Positions 35,774-44,024 of a stretch of DNA of 53,111 nucleotides are shown piece after piece. The position numbers were made by a program, and so were the translations under genes. The DNA comes from an uncultured Candidatus Saccharibacteria bacterium (GTDB lineage Bacteria > Patescibacteriota > Minisyncoccia > Minisyncoccales > GWA2-38-27): NCBI GenBank assembly GCA_964479375.1, contig CAYZKD010000004.1:1-53111 (forward strand). Direction: 5' to 3'. The notes under the pieces were generated by a model that was given only the letters and a program-made list of their open reading frames with translations, was not told the origin of the DNA and made no database searches. Position 1 is the stretch's first letter. Each line of letters begins with the position of its first letter.

Positions 35774-35933
35774 GAGGGAGGGGGCGGAACTCTGAAATTT
35801 CCCTTAGGGACGTTGCACTAAATTTCAGCCCTTCGGGGAATATAACGAGGGATATGAGGTTACGAAGTCTTGCAGACTTCTCCACCCAAATTGCCCCCTT
35901 CGGTCGCAACTTCGTTAAATTCCGATGTTGTAC
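35774..35933. repeat. Repeat C: as B, but with a decayed L' arm (attC-like part 35840-35933)
   Basis: ATATAAC-gag-GGATATGAG ... CGTTAAATTCC-gat-GTTGTAC. Confidence 0.6.
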
Positions 35934-36116
35934 GCAATTCAAAAAATATTTTTCTTAATGTAAGATAAAGATAGTCTTTCAAAGGGGAATAAATTTGATT
36001 TTTTCTAAAAAACAGAGGGGGGTAATAATGTGTTTTCTCCACTCCGTTACGAAAACAATTATTTAAAAACACAAAATTTATAAATTATGCATAATATTTA
36101 CTTTTTATAAAAAAAT

Positions 36117-37100
36117 ATGGCAACAAAGAACACAACAAGCAATAATCCAAAAATATATTTTCTTGAAGTTGAGGCAGAAGATAAAAAACTAGTGAAAGAA
36201 GAATTTCCTCAAGCAAGAATATTTAATAAAATTTTATCTGAAAAAGAGATTATTAAACAATGCAAAGAAGCAGAGGTTATTTGTCCTTTTATCTATAGCA
36301 AGATCACCCGCAAGGTTATTGAATCTTTGTCTAATTTGAAGCTTATTATTACCAGAAGCGTAGGATATGATCACATAGACTTGATGGCTGCAAAGGAAAA
36401 AGATATTGTTGTTTGTAATGTCCCTGATTATGGATCCCATGTTATAGCTGAACATGTTTTTGCCTTACTTCTTTCTGGTTTAAGGCATATTATTGAAGGC
36501 GATGAAAGAGTTGAACGAGATAAAAAATTTTATTTTTCGGGCCTAAGAGGAATAGCGCTCAAGGGAAAAAATTTAGGTATTATCGGAACCGGCAAAATTG
36601 GCAAGAATGTTGCGCGTATAGCAAGCTCTGGATTTTTAATGAATGTTTTTGCTTACGACCCCAATCTCAACAAGAATCTTGCTCTAGAAAATCATTTTTC
36701 TTATACTGATTTGAAAACTATTTGGAAGGAATCCGATGTTATTACATTACATTGCCCCCTTCTTGAGAATACAAAACATTTAATAAATAAAAAAAGTATT
36801 TCTGCCATGAAAGAGGGAGTTGTAATAGTCAACACTTCAAGGGGAGGGGTAATTGATACAGGCGCTTTAATCCAAGGCTTAAAATCTAAAAAGATTTCTT
36901 ATGCACTTTTAGATGTTTTAGAGCATGAAAATAATATTAAAGAGAATAAAGAACTTTTAGAACTCCCAAATGTGATTGTTACGCCACATATTGCTTTTTA
37001 TGCTGACGATTCTATGGGGAAGATGTATAGCGAAGCCTTTGCCACTATAAATTCATTTATACAGAAAAAGGATATAGTAAATCAAATCAAAGGAGTATAA
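36117..37100 (+). CDS. D-isomer-specific 2-hydroxyacid dehydrogenase (D-lactate dehydrogenase-like)
   Basis: GIIGTGKIGKNVA, and the NTSRGG...TPHIAFY pattern. Confidence 0.8.
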   Translation: MATKNTTSNNPKIYFLEVEAEDKKLVKEEFPQARIFNKILSEKEIIKQCKEAEVICPFIYSKITRKVIESLSNLKLIITRSVGYDHIDLMAAKEKDIVVCNVPDYGSHVIAEHVFALLLSGLRHIIEGDERVERDKKFYFSGLRGIALKGKNLGIIGTGKIGKNVARIASSGFLMNVFAYDPNLNKNLALENHFSYTDLKTIWKESDVITLHCPLLENTKHLINKKSISAMKEGVVIVNTSRGGVIDTGALIQGLKSKKISYALLDVLEHENNIKENKELLELPNVIVTPHIAFYADDSMGKMYSEAFATINSFIQKKDIVNQIKGV

Positions 37101-37320
37101 TAAAGAGTTCTGAAAAATGAAATTCATCCCTAACCCCTCTTTTATTTTTCAAATAGAAAAAGTCAAATTTATAAGAATAAAGGAAAAATTGGAAAGGCTA
37201 AAGAAGAGAAAAATCTTTCAAGCAGATACTGCCAGAAGAAGAATCTTGAGTTTTCCACAGCCCCCCTTTTTTTGTGATTTTGTTAATGATATACTTAAAT
37301 AATAATTAAAGGTCGGCTTA

Positions 37321-38022
37321 ATGCTAAACTTTATTAAAAATATGTTATTAGACTGGTACGAAATTACAATTTCAGCCCTCAAGGATCTTTATGTGGGCCT
37401 TATTGACTTTACACCCAAGTTGATAGGCGCGTTAGTGATTTTCCTGATTGGTTGGATTGTTTCCGTCGGACTGGGTAAGTTGATCGCTGAGATCTTGAGG
37501 CGCGCAAAATTTAATCGCCTTTTTGAAAGAGAAGGAATGAAATCAGCCCTGGAAAAAGCAGATTTTAAAGTTGACGCAGCAGGATTCATTGGCGCTGTAT
37601 TTAAATGGGTCTTGGTGATCGTTTTCTTGATGGTTGCAGTAGAGATACTTGGATTCCAGCAGTTTGCTGCCTTTCTGTCCGACGTTCTCTCTTACCTACC
37701 CAACGTAGTAGTGGCTGCGTTAATCTTTGTGGTGGCTGTGATTATTGCCGATCTTCTGGAAAAAGTGGTTAGGGCTGCAGTAGAAAGTACCAAGGTAGGC
37801 TATGGCCACATAACCGGAATAATCGTCAAGTGGTCCATTTGGATTTTTGCGATTCTAGCTATTCTGTTTCAATTAAGGATAGCACCGGAATTAATTCAAA
37901 CTCTGCTAACCGGTGTTGTCGGTTTAATTGTATTAGCAGGAGGTCTTGCCTTTGGACTTGGTGGAAGGGATATAGCGGCTGAGATTCTTCGCGATGTAAG
38001 AAATAAGTTCAGGGGAGAATAG
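37321..38022 (+). CDS. Polytopic membrane protein with repeated TM-helix units (mechanosensitive-channel-associated TM_helix-like)
   Basis: About six hydrophobic helices. No catalytic motif recognised. Confidence 0.5.
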   Translation: MLNFIKNMLLDWYEITISALKDLYVGLIDFTPKLIGALVIFLIGWIVSVGLGKLIAEILRRAKFNRLFEREGMKSALEKADFKVDAAGFIGAVFKWVLVIVFLMVAVEILGFQQFAAFLSDVLSYLPNVVVAALIFVVAVIIADLLEKVVRAAVESTKVGYGHITGIIVKWSIWIFAILAILFQLRIAPELIQTLLTGVVGLIVLAGGLAFGLGGRDIAAEILRDVRNKFRGE

Positions 38023-38049
38023 GAAAAAATAGATCTATCTTAGAAATTC

Positions 38050-38089
38050 AAACAGACCAAGAATCTTATTTCTTGGTCTGTTTGTTTTT
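38050..38089 (+). terminator. Rho-independent terminator
   Basis: 13-bp stem AAACAGACCAAGA/TCTTGGTCTGTTT followed by GTTTTT. Confidence 0.8.
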
Positions 38090-38352
38090 ACGGGGTAGTG
38101 AAAAGGAAACGATAATTTCAGGACAGAGGGAAATAGAAATTTCAGGGTGGAGAAGACTCACAATTAATTCAAGGCCTGACATTTCTACTTTGCTCTACCC
38201 TGACAATATCGCGTTGGGCTAACAGTACAAGACTGAGGCTTGACAGGTCTCTGTGTTTTGTTAACATAGGGAATAGTTATGAACAGGAAGAATGAATGTC
38301 AAAAAACACAAAGCGGTTAACTCCACTCTGTATTTGATAATAACCAAAGGAG

Positions 38353-38374
38353 AACCGCTTTAGAGCGGTTTTTT
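38353..38374 (+). terminator. Terminator-like hairpin with an alternative upstream partner
   Basis: AACCGCTT tag AGCGGTT TTTT. The 5' arm can also pair with AAAGCGGTT at 38310-38318. Confidence 0.45.
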
Positions 38375-40872
38375 GATAAAAAGAAAGAAGGATGTACCTT
38401 GAAAATTAAAGACAGACAATCTAGCTTATTAAAAAGCCAAACTTTCTTATCGTTTTGTAGAAGAAGTTTTTAAAAGCAGATGGTGGATGCCTTGGGATAT
38501 CGAGGCGATGAAGGACGTGGCGTGACTGCGATAATCCTCGGGAAGGTGTCATGCAACCTTTGATCCGGGGGTTTCCAAATGGGGAAACCCGTTCCGCCTC
38601 AAAGCGGAACATCTCACATTTATTGTGAGAGGCGAACCTGCTGAAGTGAAACATCTCAGTAAGCAGAGGAAAAGAGAACGAACTAGTCCGCATTTTATTT
38701 CTATTCATTTGAAGAAAAATAAAGTGTGGCGTTATTCCCTTAGTAGCGGCGAGCGAAAAGGGATCAAGCCCAAACCCTGTTTTATACAGGGGGTTGTAGG
38801 AGGATAGCGTCGGGAGTGTTCCGCAAATCATTTATTTGAAATGCGGAATCTTCACCGAGGGAGAGCACTTAGGTAGAGCAATTAGACGAAGCTTCCTGGA
38901 AAGGAGCACCACAGAAAGTGAAAGTCTTGTAGTTTAAAGTTGCTTTACGCTCCTTGCTATCTGCCGCTTTTGCGGCAACCTGAGTACCATGAGTAAAGAT
39001 AACCTTGTGGGAAACATCCCGGACTAACCGGGAAAGGCTAAATACTCGATATCACCGATAGTGAACCAGTACCGTGAGGGAAAGGTGAAAAGTAGGGGGG
39101 TAACCCCGGTGAAATAGAACCTGAAACCATCTTGCTTACAAGGACTAGGAACCCCGTTTTTACGGGGCGACTGGGTGCCTATTGAAGAATGAGCCAACGA
39201 GTCTGAGTATTTAGTTTTGTCTAAGGGGTTCTGCCCCGAAGGCACAGCGAAAGCGAGTGTTAATAGCGCGTCCTTTTACTGAATACTCAGGACCCGAAGC
39301 CAGGCGAGCTTGCCATGGCCAGGGTGAATTCCACAGAAATGTGGAAGGAGGCCCGAACCTTTAGATGCTGCAACATCTTAGGATGAGCTGTGGTAAGAAG
39401 TAAAAAGCTAATCGAGCCTGGGAATAGCTGGTTCTCCCCGAAATAGCTTTAGGGCTAGCGGCATGTATAGATTTTGGAGGTAGAGCACTGGATGGAATTA
39501 CGTGGGCTTTGCCCAGTCTTTCCAACCAAACTCCGAATGCCGAAATTTTAAGCATGTTAGTCAGACTGCGGGGGCTAAGCTCCGTGGTCGAAAGGGAAAC
39601 AGCCCAGATCCTTATCTAAGGTCCCTAAACTTTTCTCTTTATGAGGAACCTCGCTTCGGCGGGGGGACTAAGTGTACTTAAGGAAGTGAATTTCCTAAGA
39701 TAGTTAGGAGGTTAGCTTAGAAGCAGCTATCCTTTAAAAAATGCGTAACAGCTTACTAATTAAGGAGATTCGCGCTAAAGATTCACGGGACTAAGTCCAG
39801 TACCGAAGATAGGATTAAATACTCAATCCGTTGAGTATTTAAGGTAGGGGAGCGCCCTTTATTCGCTGAAGGTTCGCTGAAAGGCGGGCTGGAGAGTAAA
39901 GGGGTGAGAATGTTGGCATGAGTAACCGCAATCCCGTTGAGAACACGGGACACCGAAATCCTAAGGTTTCCTTGGCAATGGCAATCAGCCAAGGGTTAGG
40001 CGGGCCTAATTTCGTCAACCGAAAGGTGGCGAGAGATGGACAGTCGGTTAATATTCCGACCCTCCGCTGGATTTTTTCTCAAAGAGACGGAGACTTGTAT
40101 TATATGCGGATTATTGGATTTCCGTCCTTGCCCTGAGATTTCTCAAGGGGTGAGGGGCAGCCTTGCTTCGGCTTGGTGAACATATAAGAGCAGTCTTCCC
40201 AGAAAATCTTTGAGAAAGCCAAATCTAGTTGGATCCGTACCGCAAACCGACACAGGTAGGATGGCGCTAGTACGCTAAGGTGAACGAGTGAAAGCTCCTG
40301 AAGGAATTCGGCAAAACAGCAGGCGTAACTTCGGAATAAGCCTTTCCCGCCTTAAGGCGGGACGCAGCAAAAGACCCCTGGCGACTGTTTATCAAAAACA
40401 CAGGTCCCTGCCAACTCGTAAGAGGATGTATAGGGGCTGAGGCCTGACCAGTGCTGGAACGTTAAGGCCGTCGGTTTCTGCTTTTTGTAGAAGCTGAATG
40501 GTTGAAGCGCCAGTGAACGTCGGCAGTAACTATAACTGTCCAAAGGTAGCGTAATCCCTTGCCGGGTAAGTTCCGGCCCGCATGAAAGGCTTAACGACCA
40601 GGGGACTGTCTCCAGGAGCAGCTCGGTGAAAATGCAATACCGGTAAAGATGCCGGTTACCCGCGGCTAGACGGAAAGACCCCGGGAGCTTTACTGAAGCT
40701 AGACATTGGATTTTGGTGTTAGATGCGCAGTGTAGGTGGGAGATTTTGATCCCTGTTTCTCGGAACAGGGGGAGTCGCCAATGAGACACCACTCTTTTAA
40801 CGCCTCAATTCTAACCCTCCGTTTAACGGGGGAAACATTGTTTAGCGGTCAGTTTAAGTGGGGCACTTGCCT

Positions 40873-41365
40873 TAAAGATTGGCTTCCTCCAAGTCAATCA
40901 GGGGGCCTTCGCAATGTGAATTGCGAAGCAAACTTGGCTATATGCTGGAACATCCGTGGTATCCGACGCTACTTTGCTTATGGCAGAGTAAAAATGCGTT
41001 CGGTGCGGACAATCAGCAGGGAAGAAAATTAACACATAGTGATTTTCCCCTCAGAGACTATACGCCAAGCCATTAGTAAATAATGGGTGGAATGATAAAA
41101 TCAAATTAGCCAACCCTTTTTCTAATGTGATGATATAGTCCGAACTTCTGGGCGACCAGAAGCATCGCTCAAGTGATGAATGAGCGAGACCTAAAATTAT
41201 GTACTCAAAAAAGATTTCAGCGAGAAATAGTTGTTGGAACCTTGTTGAAAAGGTATTTATTGGAGAATATACGTTTTATCGGAACCGACTGAAAAATTTG
41301 CTGAAATGATAAAACCAATAATCAATCAAATACCTTCGATGAGTTATAAACTAGGGAACGAATTG
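40873..41365 (+). mobile_element. Group I intron 1 of 23S (493 nt), just 3' of the P-loop GGGGC sequence
   Basis: Joined exons give GGGGCACTTGCCT|CCTAAAAGGTAATGGAGG, the same length as the conserved GGGGCGGTCTCCT|CCTAAAGAGTAACGGAGG. The 5' exon ends in U and the intron ends in G. GATATAGTCC at 41132-41141. Confidence 0.7.
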
Positions 41366-41607
41366 CCTAAAAGGTAATGGAGGCGTTTAAAGGTCGGCTA
41401 TTCCGCGATGGAAATGCGGAAGATAGGATAAAGCCATAAGCCGGCTTTACAGCGAGCAGGATATTGCGAGCTGTTGGGAAACCAGAACTTAGTGAACCGA
41501 CGGATTTTAGTAGAAAATCCGGAGATCATCAGCTAAAAGTTACCCCGGGGATAACAGGCTAGTAGGGCCCGAGAGTTCACATCAACGGCCCTGTTCGGCA
41601 CCTCGAT

Positions 41608-42014
41608 AGAATAGCCGATTGTCGAGGCAATAAACCAACTCATAACGGAGGAAGCCATATATAAAGACCCAGCAAACATGTTAGGACAAATATATATGGT
41701 CAACACCGTGGGAAGTTGCGAAAATAAGTATTGACACAAGAAATGGATTCCAATTAAAAAATCACTTTTGCTTACAAAGATGCAAAGAGGTTTAATTTTT
41801 GGATCGGATTTTGGAGAAAGTTAGTCAATGTAATTAGTCCGCACATTATCCTTTCGATAATGTGTAAAATAGGTTTTCGCAACCCCGTAACGACTGGATT
41901 CCTGCAAAAAGCAGGATGAAGATAGTTTTTTAAACAAAACTATAAAACGTTGGTATGCAGAAGGACATCTGCATAAAGGTATAGTCTACGCTATTAGTAA
42001 TAATAGGATTAGTG
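41608..42014 (+). mobile_element. Group I intron 2 of 23S (407 nt) in CACCTCGAT|GTCGGCTC (peptidyl-transferase region)
   Basis: P1 forms between exon CUCGAU and intron GUCGAG (41621-41626) with U:G. The intron ends in G. GGTATAGTCT at 41978-41987. Confidence 0.75.
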
Positions 42015-42071
42015 GTCGGCTCACCACATCCTGGGGGTGGAGCAGCTCCCAAGGGTTTGGCTGTTCGCCAA

Positions 42072-42347
<276 letters not shown>

Positions 42348-42692
42348 CGTGAGACAGGTTGGTCCCTATCTACCGTGGGCGCAGAGTCTTGAGGGAAGTT
42401 GGTCCTAGTACGAGAGGACTGGACTGAACTGACCTCTGGTGTACCAGTTGTCCTGCCAAGGGCACTGCTGGGTAGCTAAGTCAGGCAGGGATAAGCGCTG
42501 AAGGCATATAAGCGCGAAGCCCCTCCCAAGATAAGGACTCTTAGATTCCTCGAAGACGACGAGGTTGATAGGCTGCAGGTGTAAGCACTGCGAAGTGTTG
42601 AGCCAAGCAGTACTAATAAATCATTACTTATTTTTGCAAAACATTTAAGAAAGGTTGGCCTTTTAATGGACTAGATTGTCACTATAGAGATT

Positions 42693-42820
42693 GTGGCTAC
42701 TATAAGGGAGCCAGACTGGAAGTGCTCCACCCGATCCCATACCGAACTCGGAAGTGAAATCTTCCAAGGCCGATGATAGTCCTTATGGGCGAAAGTAGGT
42801 AGCTCCCTTATAGTGTCCAC
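42693..42820 (+). rRNA. rrf: 5S rRNA
   Basis: Helix I ACTATAAGGGAG/CTCCCTTATAGT, CCCATACCGAACTCGGAAGTGAAA, and GCCGATGATAGT. The ends are approximate. Confidence 0.85.
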
Positions 42821-42835
42821 AGATTTCTGGTTTTT

Positions 42836-42867
42836 GGCGGTGCATTACTAGTTTGGACCGCTTTTTG
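42836..42867 (+). terminator. Terminator after 5S
   Basis: GCGGT...ACCGC followed by TTTTT. Confidence 0.6.
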
Positions 42868-42871
42868 GTTC

Positions 42872-42900
42872 TTGTTATCCCTCTTTTAAAAAGGTAAAAT
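42872..42900 (+). promoter_or_regulatory. Promoter TTGTTA-17-TAAAAT, 6-9 nt before the mreC ATGs
   Basis: Read directly. Confidence 0.5.
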
Positions 42901-42906
42901 GGTTAA

Positions 42907-43713
42907 ATGATGAAAAGTCATTTTCGAAAAAAGGATAACCCCGAACGATCATTTTTAATCTTGCTGATCCTTCTTCTGATTGTCTTTTTGCTTAATCTTT
43001 TTCCCGGGAGAATCAGGCCGGTTTTTTATTCTTTTTCTTCATCAGTCCAGGAAGTGTTCTGGCAATGGGGGGACGATTGCTCTGACCTTTTTTTTGGCCT
43101 CTTTCAGGGAACAGAACTAAAAAAAGATAAAGAAAACCTTAAAATAGAAAATCAAAGATTAGTGGCAGAAATAATAAGACTTAGATCTTTAGAGGAAGAG
43201 AATAAAACTTTGAGAAAAGCCCTTGAGACGGGCCTGAAGGAAGAGATTGATACAGTATTTGTTCATATTATCAGTAAAGAATTTTCAAAAAACATTCTAC
43301 TAATAAACAAAGGAGAAGAGGAGGGGATTAAAAAAGGGATGCCGGTTATAACTCCGGAGAAGGTACTGGCAGGAAGGGTGACAAGGGTTTTCAATGGATT
43401 TTCAAAAGTAGAAACCGTTTCAAGCGAGAACTTTGTTTTTGATGTTAAGATTTTGGATAAGGAGATAACAGCGCTTGCTAGGGGTCAAGGAGGATCTGAG
43501 GTTTTCTTGGATTTAATACCCAAAAGAAGCGATATAGTAGTGGGGGATACCATAATAACCGCCGGGTTGGAAGAATCAATTCCCCGCAACCTTGTAGTGG
43601 GAAGAGTGGGAGAGATTCATAGAGACGATGTCGAAAGCATGCAAAGGGCAACGATTGAAGCGGGTTTTAGTCTAGATAGAAATTTTTATCTTTTTGTTGT
43701 TAAATCTAAATGA
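42907..43713 (+). CDS. mreC: Rod shape-determining protein MreC
   Basis: N-terminal TM, coiled coil ENQRLVAEIIRLRSLEEENKTLR, and a beta-rich C-terminal domain. In an operon with mreD and PBP2. Confidence 0.8.
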   Translation: MMKSHFRKKDNPERSFLILLILLLIVFLLNLFPGRIRPVFYSFSSSVQEVFWQWGDDCSDLFFGLFQGTELKKDKENLKIENQRLVAEIIRLRSLEEENKTLRKALETGLKEEIDTVFVHIISKEFSKNILLINKGEEEGIKKGMPVITPEKVLAGRVTRVFNGFSKVETVSSENFVFDVKILDKEITALARGQGGSEVFLDLIPKRSDIVVGDTIITAGLEESIPRNLVVGRVGEIHRDDVESMQRATIEAGFSLDRNFYLFVVKSK

Positions 43714-44024
43714 AGCACAAAATCTTTTTTTCATCTCTAATAATCATTTATTTCTTGGTCCTGTTTCAAACTAGTTTTCTTTCTCATTTCCTTGTTTGGG
43801 GCTACACTCCTAATTTGGTTTTAATTGTTGTCTTCTTGTGGAATATTTTGGAAAGCGAGAAAGACCACACTGGTCTTTTTGTGGCCTTGGCTTCAGGTTT
43901 TTTTCTAGATATTTTTTCTTCTCGTTTTATAGGATTTAATGTTTTGATTTTGCTATTTTTTGCTTTATTAATAAAATTCTTTATAAAAAAACATGCTAGA
44001 ATCTCTATTTCGCAGAAAACTTAA
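43710..44024 (+). CDS. mreD: Rod shape-determining protein MreD (short, 104 aa)
   Basis: Polytopic hydrophobic protein positioned between mreC and PBP2. Confidence 0.6.
   Translation: MKHKIFFSSLIIIYFLVLFQTSFLSHFLVWGYTPNLVLIVVFLWNILESEKDHTGLFVALASGFFLDIFSSRFIGFNVLILLFFALLIKFFIKKHARISISQKT

Larger units (their letters stand above)
32265..35933. mobile_element. Integron-like element: recombinase, attI-like junction and three ORF+attC-like cassettes
   Basis: See the component features and findings. The segment is visibly more AT-rich than its flanks. Confidence 0.55.

Noticed and set aside
34722-35933. Repeats B and C as a CRISPR-like array
   Set aside because: The repeats are about 160 nt and internally palindromic. 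The intervening 'spacers' are complete protein-coding genes.
37117-37302. 61-aa track ORF after the dehydrogenase gene
   Set aside because: It is low-complexity and AT-rich, with no start context or recognisable features. It is probably non-coding.
38100-38160. Relic of the cassette repeat (CTGAAATTT-like strings) marking the right end of the island
   Set aside because: Only 9-10-nt AT-rich matches in the opposite orientation were found, which is within chance expectation for this composition.
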